A stretch of DNA of 37,582 nucleotides from Patescibacteria group bacterium (GCA_023474975.1 JAMCXE010000037.1:1-37582); one strand, 5' to 3'; positions 8,615 through 18,197 are shown, numbered from the stretch's first letter. The notes: a model not told the origin generated them from the sequence alone. Numbers and translations: made by a program.

Positions 8615-10162
8615 TCAGATCGAATCTTTATCTTTTCCGGAACGATCATTTTCCGGAACTACCTCTTGATCTCCGAAATCCTTACCCAAACTTTGTTCTA
8701 AAACCTTTCTCAGATCAGCTATATCAACCTTCTTTTTTTCTGATCTATCAAAATGCTTTGGTTGTCTCTCTGGTCCGGACTCGATCCTTTCTTCGCTAGC
8801 CGGTTTAAGCACTTCCGACAAACGATGCTCGCCCTTTCTAAGTTCTCTTTCTTGCGCGAATTCAGCTCCGGAAGCGCTCCATTCTCCAGCTATCTTTGCT
8901 GAAACCGCAGCTATCGGCGTGCTATATGCCCTTCTACTATTCTCCACGATAACATCTTTATAATTTTCTTCGGGGGGCTTTGGCGGTGGGATCGTTTTTC
9001 CGGAAAAGGGTTTTGAAGCTACGCCATCTATCATTAGCTTTATGTAAAAATTATATTTTGGAAGATTAACCAGATCGTTAAGCATAAAGTCGGGCTGAAA
9101 TTCTTTTTCCAAGAATTCGGCATCATCAGCGCCAACTCTGAAAGTTATCATCGTACCTACGTTTCCAAAAATAGCATCACGCATTTTTGTGCTATCGCCA
9201 GAGATAAGCTGACGAATATATTGATGCGCCATAATAAGACACAGATGATATTTTCTGGCTTCCGACAAAATAGTGGCAAAAGAATCGGTGGCAAAATTCT
9301 GGAACTCGTCGACATAAAGATAAAAGTCCTTTCTCTCGTTTTCCGGTATATCCATTCTACTCATCGCAGCGAGCTGGATCTTACTTATGATCATAGCGCC
9401 AAGCAAATTAGAGTTGTCCTCGCCTATTCCTCCCTTTGAAAGATTCACGATCAATATCTTACCGTCATCCATAATTTTCCTCATATCAATGGAAGAGTGG
9501 GCCTGACCCAAAATATTCCTAATAAGCGGATTGGTAACGAACTGACCGACCTTGTTCTGAATAGCCGCGGTGGCCTCTGTTTCAAATTTCTGGCTGTATT
9601 TTGCAAATTCGTTCACCCAAAAACTTTTAACCACCGGGTCACTAAGACTGTCAACCACTCTTTTACGGTAATCCTTATCAGAAAGCATACGCATAATACC
9701 AAGAAGCGTAGAGCCGGGATATTCAAGAAGCGCCAAAAGCGTATTATTCAAAATATATTCCATCCTAGCAGACCACATATCAACCCATATTTTTTTAAAA
9801 ACCCCCATTATGCCGGATGCAACCAAATGTCTAAATTCCGAATTAACCTGTTCGAGCGGATTAAAGGCGATCGGAAAATTAACATCCTGAGGATTAAAAT
9901 AAATAACATCATTCACCCTTTCTTCCGGAATAAACTGTAAAATTTTTTCAGCGGCATCTCCGTGAGGGTCTATAAAGCAAACTCCTCTACCCGCTTTAAT
10001 ATCTTCAACAACCATCGTTTCCATAATGGTCGTCTTTGCAGAACCGGACTTTCCAACCAAATACATATGGCGGCGTCTGTCGTCCATTTTAATTCCGAAC
10101 TTCTTTTCGCTGTTCCTGAAATTCGTTATTCCGAAAATTACCGCATCTTCTTTATTGGCCAT
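8615..10162 (-). CDS. VirD4/TraD(TraG)-like coupling ATPase (FtsK/HerA superfamily)
   Basis: DRRRHMYLVGKSGSAKT Walker A variant, FIDPHGD, Walker B LYVDEFQNF, SEARKY, AHQY, GNVGT. Confidence 0.85.
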   Translation of the reverse strand: MANKEDAVIFGITNFRNSEKKFGIKMDDRRRHMYLVGKSGSAKTTIMETMVVEDIKAGRGVCFIDPHGDAAEKILQFIPEERVNDVIYFNPQDVNFPIAFNPLEQVNSEFRHLVASGIMGVFKKIWVDMWSARMEYILNNTLLALLEYPGSTLLGIMRMLSDKDYRKRVVDSLSDPVVKSFWVNEFAKYSQKFETEATAAIQNKVGQFVTNPLIRNILGQAHSSIDMRKIMDDGKILIVNLSKGGIGEDNSNLLGAMIISKIQLAAMSRMDIPENERKDFYLYVDEFQNFATDSFATILSEARKYHLCLIMAHQYIRQLISGDSTKMRDAIFGNVGTMITFRVGADDAEFLEKEFQPDFMLNDLVNLPKYNFYIKLMIDGVASKPFSGKTIPPPKPPEENYKDVIVENSRRAYSTPIAAVSAKIAGEWSASGAEFAQERELRKGEHRLSEVLKPASEERIESGPERQPKHFDRSEKKKVDIADLRKVLEQSLGKDFGDQEVVPENDRSGKDKDSI

Positions 10163-10173
10163 AGATAATTTAA

Positions 10174-11433
10174 TTATATCGGTAAATTAGACGGGGGCTC
10201 GCCCTTTCTTGTTTCTACCCTGCGAAGCATCGGAGATCCAACCGATGTTATCGGGAAATGATAAACCGTAGCCAATTCTTCCGTGCACAGAATAGAAGTT
10301 TTGGTAGGAAACATTCTATCTTTATACGCATCGTACATAGCTCTCTTGGTATAGGTCTTACTTTTTCTAAATAAAAACTTTGCAGTGGGTTTAGGACCGG
10401 CCTTAAAAGAATTTTTATCCTGAGTTCCAAATTGCTTAAAAGCTCCAAGCAGAGCCGCAACATTAAGCTGAGTAAACTCATCTTTCCTGTCTATATATAT
10501 GTACCGAATCGCGGTTTGAAATCCGTATTTAGCTATTTTGTTCTCTATAGCTTCAACAACGTTTCTTTCTCCCGGAGATAAGGTAACGGTCTTGCCCTTG
10601 TCCTCGGAAGGCTTTGGGGCGGACCACTCCGGATGAATGACCGGCGCGCGAAAAAGATGATAGATAAATTCACCCAAACCCTTGATAACTCCCATTAAAA
10701 AGCTGGGTTTTTTATCCGGTTTTTTCCTGCCATACATCTTATCTCTTATTTCTTCTCCTTCTTTTTTCCAGCTGTCTCCAACCGGCCTGATAAGATACTG
10801 AAGCCAAAGAGCCTCACCTTCCTTCAATCTAGACATTACCTCAGTTATGGCTGAAACGGGATCAAGACGCTGCTCTTCAACATTGGCTTCAAAATACGGA
10901 TAGGTTTGTATCGGATACGGATTCGGCTTGGCTAATATATAATCGCCGGCGGCGATATCATATACATCGTTTGGCAAGATCGCGGGCATAAAATTAACAT
11001 AATCGTCGGAAACATTTATTTCCGCGTCTGAATATTCGGAATAGATCGCGTTCTCAACCAAGTGCTTGGCGCTTTCCGGAGCTCGAACAAAGAAACTGAC
11101 CCCACCGGCGTAACCAACCAATTCAAACGAATACCACGGAAGTACCTTTCCTTTAAAAAAAACCTCTTTCCACTCCGGATCAGGCTCAACAATACTATGA
11201 AGAGCGGAAAAAATATTATCCATTGCTTTTGGAGTTTTTAAAACATTGCCGGGGATCTTCAACTCCAAAAAAACCCACTTCATATTTTTAATATACAGCA
11301 TCTTCTGCCCGCGCTCCCAAAGATCAATAAAAATAAAAAATAAGCCAGCAGGCAAAATCACCCACCAGCCATATTTTATGATCATCCAAATAACATTAAA
11401 TGTTCCGGATATAATCGCCCAAAAGTCTATCAT
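10174..11433 (-). CDS. Membrane-anchored hypothetical protein, partner of the ATPase
   Basis: N-terminal TM; SFELVG, YPIQTY, LWLQYLIRP, EELATVYHFP, EPPSNLP; 11 nt upstream of the ATPase on the same strand. Confidence 0.8.
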   Translation of the reverse strand: MIDFWAIISGTFNVIWMIIKYGWWVILPAGLFFIFIDLWERGQKMLYIKNMKWVFLELKIPGNVLKTPKAMDNIFSALHSIVEPDPEWKEVFFKGKVLPWYSFELVGYAGGVSFFVRAPESAKHLVENAIYSEYSDAEINVSDDYVNFMPAILPNDVYDIAAGDYILAKPNPYPIQTYPYFEANVEEQRLDPVSAITEVMSRLKEGEALWLQYLIRPVGDSWKKEGEEIRDKMYGRKKPDKKPSFLMGVIKGLGEFIYHLFRAPVIHPEWSAPKPSEDKGKTVTLSPGERNVVEAIENKIAKYGFQTAIRYIYIDRKDEFTQLNVAALLGAFKQFGTQDKNSFKAGPKPTAKFLFRKSKTYTKRAMYDAYKDRMFPTKTSILCTEELATVYHFPITSVGSPMLRRVETRKGEPPSNLPI

Positions 11434-11513
11434 AGATATATTTTAACAAATAAATTTACAATTACCAATTTTCAATTTTCAAAAAACAAAAGAAGAGAGA
11501 GCAAAAATTTGCT

Positions 11514-12560
11514 TTATGCGAGATTAACCTGATACTTGCCATTATCAATACGAGTAAAATGCTTCTTATTTTGCAAATTGATAAATATTGTATTTTTCTT
11601 AAAAACTCTCTCCTTGAGAACGAGATCTATCAATTCTTTCGGTTTAAGAGGCCCGTGCTCTTTTAGAATCCTCATCATTACTTCTTTGGCGGTACCCGGA
11701 ACATAGCCATGCTCCTGAAGTCCATATATTCCCCTGCCAACCAAAACAAATTTGCTGTCCTTGATAAGCTCATTATGAACGGTCTGAGGATTTATGCTTT
11801 TTTCTGAATTTTTATATTTTCCTATTGCAGACGCAATCTCAACAAAGTGAAGAGGCTTCTTTTCCTTCTTCAGCACAGCATAAGCCCAATCGCGGATAGT
11901 CCGCGGATTAGTCTCCTTCCAATCAGATAATCCAAATTCTCCAAAACTATTAATGTGAAAATCCTTAGAAAGAGAAATGAAATTTATAGCAACTAAGTCT
12001 TTTAGATTGTGCGGTTTTATGGCCTCTGCAAAAACTTTATCCATACTACCATGAGAAAGAACTTTTTCTTTCTTGGTCTTCATATATTTAAGAAGCTTGG
12101 AAACGAAACTTAATATTTTTTTATTCTCGGACTCTTCCTGGTACCAGTAAGAGTAGAAACTTTCGTTCTCGGCCGAATACTTTGGATCGCCATTAAGCTC
12201 CAACAAGAACTTCACGCGATTATCAAAGACCGAAGAAGCGCTTTCGCTTAACAACAACTGAAGGTCGGCTAAAAGCAAAGCTTCGCGTCTTGCGCCGCCT
12301 AAATTTTTGATATGTTCATTTACCGTTGCTGCAAAATCTTTCAAGATGCCACTCTTGATAAATTCCCTGAGCTCTTTAAGCGCCCCAGCTTCGATCTGTC
12401 TCACCCTTTCACGGGTAATACCAAAACTAGTTCCTAGCTCGGCTAAAGTAAGGGTCTTGCCATCGCTTAAACCATAACGACGATCAATAACCTCCCTTTG
12501 ACGGGCATTCAAAACACTTAAGACCTGATCCAATAATTTTTCGATATTTACCGTATTCAT
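11514..12560 (-). CDS. Sigma70 region-4-like HTH protein with C-terminal winged-helix (HARE-HTH/RNAP delta-like) domains
   Basis: LNARQREVIDRRYGL...TLAELG...ITRERVRQIE at the N-terminus; KPLHFVEIA...QTVHNELIKD.KFVLVGRGIYGL at the C-terminus. Confidence 0.8.
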   Translation of the reverse strand: MNTVNIEKLLDQVLSVLNARQREVIDRRYGLSDGKTLTLAELGTSFGITRERVRQIEAGALKELREFIKSGILKDFAATVNEHIKNLGGARREALLLADLQLLLSESASSVFDNRVKFLLELNGDPKYSAENESFYSYWYQEESENKKILSFVSKLLKYMKTKKEKVLSHGSMDKVFAEAIKPHNLKDLVAINFISLSKDFHINSFGEFGLSDWKETNPRTIRDWAYAVLKKEKKPLHFVEIASAIGKYKNSEKSINPQTVHNELIKDSKFVLVGRGIYGLQEHGYVPGTAKEVMMRILKEHGPLKPKELIDLVLKERVFKKNTIFINLQNKKHFTRIDNGKYQVNLA

Positions 12561-12608
12561 ACTCTATAATTGCCTGCGTATTATTTATTGAAATTATAAT
12601 ACCATATC

Positions 12609-13505
12609 CTATTTATTTTGTAAATAGGTAAGTAGAGGGCTGGCCATAAAGATGGATGAGTATGTACCAATGATCGTTCCAACTAAGATCAAAAGAACGA
12701 AATAACTCATCGTCGGAGCCCCGAATAAGAACATAGCCGAAAGCACTATGGCTAAAGTAAGGGACGTGTTTATCGATCTGGCAAAAGTCTGGTTAACGCT
12801 GATATTTATTATATCGCCGAGACTTTTACCCTTATGCAGAATAAGATTTTCTCTTATTCTATCAAAGACAACGATCGTGTCGTGAACCGAAAAACCCATT
12901 ATCACCAAAATAGCCACAATAAAATTACTGTCTATTTCCAATCCCTTCAAATGGCCGAACCACGCATATAAACCAGCCGGAATAACAGCGTCGTGGAAAA
13001 GACAGACTAGGGTAGCAACTCCATATTTCCATGAGCTGACCGGATAAGAAACCTTTCTGAAAGCAAAAGCGATATATAAAGAAATTCCAAGAAGCACGAG
13101 AATGAAAGCCCATATAGCTTTACTGCGCAACTCGGAGCCAATGGTCGGACCGATGCTCTGAAAGCCTAACTCTTCAACGGGACCTTGAGATGAGAAATCC
13201 TGATTCATCTTCGCAAGATATTCCTGATGCTGATTCTCGGAAAGCTCATTGGTCCTTATCATCATCACATCATTTTCCGAACCGGTAGTAACGACTGCAT
13301 TATCTATCTTCAAATTATTCTGTAAATAATTTTGCAATTCTTGGACAGAAACGGTGCCGCTAGTGAATCTTATCTGCCACAAAGCACCTCCGGAAAAATC
13401 GATCCCCTCTTTAAACCCAAATGTGAAAATACTTACGAGCGCCAAAACAAGCATCAATAAAGAAAAACCGATAAATATTTTTTTGTATTTTATTAAGTCA
13501 AACAT
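12609..13505 (-). CDS. secF: Protein translocase subunit SecF
   Basis: GIDFSGG, IGPTIGSEL, HDTIVVFDRIREN, RSINTS, GTYSSIF. Confidence 0.97.
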   Translation of the reverse strand: MFDLIKYKKIFIGFSLLMLVLALVSIFTFGFKEGIDFSGGALWQIRFTSGTVSVQELQNYLQNNLKIDNAVVTTGSENDVMMIRTNELSENQHQEYLAKMNQDFSSQGPVEELGFQSIGPTIGSELRSKAIWAFILVLLGISLYIAFAFRKVSYPVSSWKYGVATLVCLFHDAVIPAGLYAWFGHLKGLEIDSNFIVAILVIMGFSVHDTIVVFDRIRENLILHKGKSLGDIINISVNQTFARSINTSLTLAIVLSAMFLFGAPTMSYFVLLILVGTIIGTYSSIFMASPLLTYLQNK

Positions 13506-13530
13506 AGTAGTGATTTATATTTTTATTTGT

Positions 13531-14829
13531 CTATTTTCCTTTAGTTGTTGATTTCGACGCATTTCTTATATAAAAGATCTTCAATAAATTCTCAGTAACG
13601 GTAATGGCAGTGAACATGCTGACGACTACGCCGATCAGCAAAGTTAGGGCAAAACCCTGAACAAAACTTGAAGTGAACATATACAAAATCAACGCAGTTA
13701 AGATGGTAGTTAGGTTTGAATCCCTAATAGAAGTCCAAGCCCGCCTAAAACCTTCCGCAATAGCGGTGGTTCTTTCCAAGCCCTTCTTCATTTCTTCTCT
13801 TGTCCTTTCGAATATCAATACGTTAGCGTCAACGGCCATGCCGATGGATAAAATGAAACCAGCGATACCAGACAATGACATAGTGACCGAAAAAAGTTTA
13901 AATACGGCAAGCGAAAGAGCTATGTATATAGCTAATGCGATGACCGCAAAGAAACCCAGACCATGGTAATAAAGAACCATAAAAAGCATAACTGCCAAAG
14001 TACCCAAGATACCGGCCCATATAGTTTTCTGCAAAGAATCCTGTCCGAGAGAAGCGCTTACCGTCTGCTGATCTATCAATTTGATAGGAGCGGGCAGAGC
14101 GCCGGCATTGAACCTCTCAACTAATTGCTGAGCTTCTTTCAGATCATTGATGCCGGTTATTTCGGCCTTACCCCCAGAGATAGCTTCATTTACTCTCGGC
14201 GCACTGATTATCTCATTATCTAAAACTATGGCCAGCGGCTTGCCGACATTCCTTGAAGTCAGATCTTCGAACATTTTTGCCCCCTGATCATTGAAACTTA
14301 TATTTACTACCGGAAGACCAACTTGACTGAACGAAAGTTGCGCACCCTGCACGTATCTGCCGTTAAGATCGCTAAAAACCAACTGCTGATTCTGACCAGC
14401 GGCGGTAGAAGTGGCTGAAGTAGATGTAGCTGCCGTTTCTTTCACTTCGGCGAACTGCAAAAATGGCGTCTCGCCGATCTGCTTTATCGCCTGATTAACA
14501 TCTTTGATTCCGGCAAGTTCCACATTCAAACGATAGCTATCTCCGGATATGGAAGATGTAACCCTAGGCTCCGAAACACCGAAAAGATTCACTCTTTTTT
14601 CGATGACATCGCGCAAACCGTTCATAACCGAATTCCTATCGGCAACAGCTACTCCGGACATATCAACATCATAAACAAGATAGCTTCCCCCGACGAGATC
14701 CAATCCCAATCTCCAAGGAAGATACTGACTAAGATATCCGCCGATCGGCGCTTTCGGATAAACGAAGAACACCGAAGCGATCGTAAGAATTAATACTAAT
14801 GTGAACAAAGATACGCTTTTTGCTTTCAT
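13531..14829 (-). CDS. secD: Protein translocase subunit SecD
   Basis: LGLDLVGG, GVSEP, GALPAP, GMAVDANVLIFER, DSNLTT. Confidence 0.97.
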   Translation of the reverse strand: MKAKSVSLFTLVLILTIASVFFVYPKAPIGGYLSQYLPWRLGLDLVGGSYLVYDVDMSGVAVADRNSVMNGLRDVIEKRVNLFGVSEPRVTSSISGDSYRLNVELAGIKDVNQAIKQIGETPFLQFAEVKETAATSTSATSTAAGQNQQLVFSDLNGRYVQGAQLSFSQVGLPVVNISFNDQGAKMFEDLTSRNVGKPLAIVLDNEIISAPRVNEAISGGKAEITGINDLKEAQQLVERFNAGALPAPIKLIDQQTVSASLGQDSLQKTIWAGILGTLAVMLFMVLYYHGLGFFAVIALAIYIALSLAVFKLFSVTMSLSGIAGFILSIGMAVDANVLIFERTREEMKKGLERTTAIAEGFRRAWTSIRDSNLTTILTALILYMFTSSFVQGFALTLLIGVVVSMFTAITVTENLLKIFYIRNASKSTTKGK

Positions 14830-14873
14830 TTTTTAATTAATATTTAGTTTATAAGACCAATAAATTGCTTTTT

Positions 14874-14902
14874 ATTATACGAAATTTTTTTATAAATGGC
14901 AA
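14874..14902 (-). promoter_or_regulatory. sigma70-type promoter for secDF
   Basis: TTGCCA-N17-TATAAT on the minus strand. Confidence 0.7.
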
Positions 14903-14909
14903 ATTATAT

Positions 14910-15611
14910 TTAGTAAAAAGATTCCATAAAAATATTTTCATTTGGAACCCCCAACGCCTCAAGATCTTTCCAAATAGCACCTATAAAATGCATCGATCCG
15001 CAAATATAATATTTTTTGCTCTCAACGGAACCAATATATTTTTTAATAAGCCCTTTGCCTATGCGCGAATACTCCCGAACATAGCTATTCTTTTTATTAT
15101 CCTGAGTTAAAAAATATACAACATCTACAGCTCCGCTTCCGGCTAATTCATTCAACTTGTCAAAAAAAGCAACGTCGGAATTTTTTTTATTGCTATATAA
15201 AAGAATGGGCGCCGGATCGATTCGACGAGCCAGTCTGTCTTTGACGATGCTGATAAATGGCGTCACACCTATTCCCCCAGCTATGAACACAAGATCGCCA
15301 AGATCTTCCTCTGGATAAAAATTTCCATAAGGACCATTGAAAATAAATTTATCGCCGATCGTAGAATCTATCAAAGCCGAAGAAAAAACACCCTGCTTTT
15401 TAACGGTCAGGCATACACACTTTTCTTGCGGCGAGCTGGAAATTGTGTAGCACTTTGGCGAACCGGAAAAAGAAGGGATTATCACACTTACGTATTGCCC
15501 GGCGGCAAAATCAAAGACCCGGCCGTCGATCGGCTCAAAAAACAACGAAACTATATTTTCCGCCTCATCTTTTTTTTCGATCAATGCGAATTCCCTATTT
15601 TTGTTGGACAT
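14910..15611 (-). CDS. FAD/NAD(P)-binding oxidoreductase (ferredoxin-NADP reductase-like)
   Basis: AGQYV, YTISS, GVFS, GPYGNF, IAGGIGVTPF, YYICG, C-terminal ESF. Confidence 0.88.
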   Translation of the reverse strand: MSNKNREFALIEKKDEAENIVSLFFEPIDGRVFDFAAGQYVSVIIPSFSGSPKCYTISSSPQEKCVCLTVKKQGVFSSALIDSTIGDKFIFNGPYGNFYPEEDLGDLVFIAGGIGVTPFISIVKDRLARRIDPAPILLYSNKKNSDVAFFDKLNELAGSGAVDVVYFLTQDNKKNSYVREYSRIGKGLIKKYIGSVESKKYYICGSMHFIGAIWKDLEALGVPNENIFMESFY

Positions 15612-15613
15612 AT

Positions 15614-16516
15614 TTACTTTTTAAATACCAGCACAAAGGCCGGGCACATTTTTATCGGATAATATGAAAGCTTTGCCTTCCTAAGCCCCTCGATACCCAG
15701 ATCCTCTTCTCTATTTATGTATTTATAACCTTCAGATAAAATTTTTTTTGCTGTTTCTCTGTTTATTAGCTGATACAAACCCCTATATTCTTTTTCGGCT
15801 TTTTCATAGTGAACCGCGCACATTAGTGAATTAATAGGCTCGTATATTGAAAAGGCCACCGGCTTTCCGTCTATGCGTATCAAAATACCCTCTTCTTTAA
15901 GCTTTTCGAAATTATTCAAAACGAAATCTAAGGATTCCAGTTCCTGAGAAATAGACAAGTTTCCGCCCAAATCCCGCTTGCCATATATATTATCCATCAC
16001 GGCGAAACAATCGGAAATATTCCCAGAAGATATCGACTCGCTTGTCCATTTATAATTCTTTTCAAATTGACTCAGCAAATTTCTTTTGGGCTGATACTTC
16101 CTTCCTTCGAGCAGCGCAAGACTTTCAGCCAAATAAATATAGTTATCCATATCACGGCGATCCACCCTTTCAAAATGAGAAACAAACTCGACGTATCTGC
16201 CGATAAATTCTTCTGAAACTCCATATATTTTTAACTCGTATTCTAACGAACGCGCATATTCAATGACCTCATCCTGTAATTTCTTTGGAAACTCACCTAT
16301 CGGACAAACTAATTGATCCCTTCGATCTTCTGGCTCCGTGAATTTTATAAGTAAAGTATCATTGGCGATCGCCCATTTATACCGATATATACTCCCCCAT
16401 GACATAAAAGTAGAAAAAGTGAACACCGAAAGACAAGACGAATAATATTTCGATAAATATGGGTCTATTGTTTCTTTGTCTTCTAAAGAAAAATTTTTAA
16501 AAATCATGCCCTTCAT
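15614..16516 (-). CDS. DUF2156 / aminoacyl-phosphatidylglycerol-synthase C-terminal-like (GNAT/Fem fold) protein
   Basis: NYIY..ESLALLEGRKYQPKRN, HYEKA, YINREEDLGIEGLRKAKLSYYP. Confidence 0.85.
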   Translation of the reverse strand: MKGMIFKNFSLEDKETIDPYLSKYYSSCLSVFTFSTFMSWGSIYRYKWAIANDTLLIKFTEPEDRRDQLVCPIGEFPKKLQDEVIEYARSLEYELKIYGVSEEFIGRYVEFVSHFERVDRRDMDNYIYLAESLALLEGRKYQPKRNLLSQFEKNYKWTSESISSGNISDCFAVMDNIYGKRDLGGNLSISQELESLDFVLNNFEKLKEEGILIRIDGKPVAFSIYEPINSLMCAVHYEKAEKEYRGLYQLINRETAKKILSEGYKYINREEDLGIEGLRKAKLSYYPIKMCPAFVLVFKK

Positions 16517-16525
16517 TTGAAAATT

Positions 16526-16939
16526 TTAATCTATTTTTTGAAACTGCATCGGAGTATAGCCATCCATTTTTTTAAATCCGGTTTTTTCATAAACGCTCAC
16601 GCTTCCCGGAGCAGCGATCAGCGCGATCCATTGAATGTTCTTGGAAATACAATAATTCAATAATTCTTTAACGATACCCGTAGCGATTCCCTTTTTACGA
16701 TAATTTTCATCTACAAATATATCCTGAATATAAGCATCGTTAAAAGCATCCGAAAGAGCGCGACCCATACCAACCAGATCATCCCCACTCCAAGCCGTTA
16801 CAAAACAAAAACTTCCGGATATAAGCTTAGAAATCTGTTCGAACGAACAAGACTTTTTCCACCACCCGCTCATCTTATATAGATCACAAACTTTTGAAAA
16901 CTCTTTTTCCTCGATCTTTGATTTATATTTTATCGTCAT
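16526..16939 (-). CDS. GNAT-family N-acetyltransferase
   Basis: LVGMGRALSD..AYIQDIFVDENYRKKGIA acetyl-CoA motif; YEKTGF. Confidence 0.9.
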   Translation of the reverse strand: MTIKYKSKIEEKEFSKVCDLYKMSGWWKKSCSFEQISKLISGSFCFVTAWSGDDLVGMGRALSDAFNDAYIQDIFVDENYRKKGIATGIVKELLNYCISKNIQWIALIAAPGSVSVYEKTGFKKMDGYTPMQFQKID

Positions 16940-16977
16940 TTAATTTATTCACGCATTGTCTTAATCATTCAATCCTA

Positions 16978-17006
16978 ACTATAAACGAATGTCTTAAAGA
17001 TTCCAA
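16978..17006 (-). promoter_or_regulatory. Candidate promoter for the GNAT operon
   Basis: TTGGAA-N17-TATAGT. Confidence 0.45.
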
Positions 17007-17024
17007 TAATTAACAAAGCGATCA

Positions 17025-17053
17025 TTGCCCCAAACTCGCCAAAAGGTTAAAAT
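17025..17053 (+). promoter_or_regulatory. Promoter for rlmN with leaderless geometry
   Basis: TTGCCC-N17-TAAAAT-N6-ATG(17060). Confidence 0.6.
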
Positions 17054-17059
17054 TTCCTA

Positions 17060-18058
17060 ATGGATATAAAAAAATTACAAAAATTATTCAAAGACCAGCC
17101 AAAATACCGGCTAGAGCAAACGCAGAAAAGCCTTTTTCAGGGTCTTATTAATAATTGGCAGGAAGCTATGGGATTACCGTTAAATTTAAGAAAAGAACTG
17201 GAAGAAAAATTTCCAATAGAAATATCCGGCAGAACATTCATTTCAAAAGACAAAAACACAATAAAAGCCCTTATTGACCTAGAAGATGGATCTGCGGTCG
17301 AGGCTGTTTTAATGCGACACAAAGATACGAGAAATACCGTGTGCGTTTCTTCGCAGGTCGGCTGCCCAATGGCCTGCTCATTTTGCGCTACCGGAAGAAT
17401 GGGGTTCAAAAGAAATCTTGAAGTCTGGGAGATCCTCGAGCAGATATTATTTTTTGCCCGTTACCTGAAAAAGATCAACGAAAAAATCACCAACGTTGTT
17501 TTTATGGGCATGGGGGAACCATTTATGAACTATCAAAATGTGATGGCTGCCATAAAAATATTAAATGATAAGAACGGATTTAATCTTGGCGCCCGGCACA
17601 TTTCCGTGTCTACGGTTGGAGTAGTTGAGGGAATAGAAAGATTTGCAAATGAAGAACTGCAAATAAATTTAGCCATCTCTCTTCATGCGCCGGACAACAA
17701 AACCCGCTCGGAAATAATGCCGGCCAACAGAAACTATCCAATAGAAAAAATTTTAAAAGCAGTAGATGAATACGTCAAAAAAACCAACCGCCGCGTAATG
17801 TTCGAGTACCTGATGCTCAAGGGCGTAAATGATTCCGATGAACACGCCAAGGCGTTGATCAAGCTTATGAAAAAGCCGCTTTATTTTGTAAATTTGATCG
17901 CCTACAATCCAACCGGAATATATAATCCCTCTCCTGCTTCACGAATAAAAAAATTCAAAGAAATTTTGGAAAGTGCCGGCATAACCGTTACCCAAAGACG
18001 AGAATTCGGACAAGACATCGAAGGAGCTTGCGGACAGCTGGCGACCCTGCCCCGTTAA
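17060..18058 (+). CDS. rlmN: Dual-specificity RNA methyltransferase RlmN (radical SAM)
   Basis: CVSSQVGCPMACSFC, FMGMGEP, ISLHA, GACGQL. Confidence 0.95.
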   Translation: MDIKKLQKLFKDQPKYRLEQTQKSLFQGLINNWQEAMGLPLNLRKELEEKFPIEISGRTFISKDKNTIKALIDLEDGSAVEAVLMRHKDTRNTVCVSSQVGCPMACSFCATGRMGFKRNLEVWEILEQILFFARYLKKINEKITNVVFMGMGEPFMNYQNVMAAIKILNDKNGFNLGARHISVSTVGVVEGIERFANEELQINLAISLHAPDNKTRSEIMPANRNYPIEKILKAVDEYVKKTNRRVMFEYLMLKGVNDSDEHAKALIKLMKKPLYFVNLIAYNPTGIYNPSPASRIKKFKEILESAGITVTQRREFGQDIEGACGQLATLPR

Positions 18059-18113
18059 ATTCCGTCTTACGGAAATCCGCCTCGCATTGCGAGGCGGATT
18101 ATTTAACTGGGGT
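18049..18113. repeat. Y-shaped palindromic element, copy A (overlaps the rlmN stop codon)
   Basis: GCCCCGTTAAAT...ATTTAACTGGGGT enclosing TTCCGT-CTT-ACGGAA and AATCCGCCTCGC-ATT-GCGAGGCGGATT. Confidence 0.85.
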
Positions 18114-18146
18114 AAGAATTAAATTTTGTTTGCTCCGAATTATAAA

Positions 18147-18187
18147 TTAGCAGTCTCTTGACAAGAGTGCTAATACTCCCTTAAAAT
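18147..18187 (+). promoter_or_regulatory. CIRCE operator with an embedded -35 box, plus the -10 of the hrcA operon
   Basis: TTAGCAGTC-N9-GAGTGCTAA (18147-18173, one mismatch to TTAGCACTC-N9-GAGTGCTAA); TTGACA at 18158-18163, then N18, then TAAAAT. Confidence 0.92.
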
Positions 18188-18197
18188 TGAGGGTATC

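Noticed and set aside
11451..11485. Short CAATT(TT) iterations in the intergenic region
   Set aside because: Low-complexity AT-rich sequence with no second copy or clear structure in this window.
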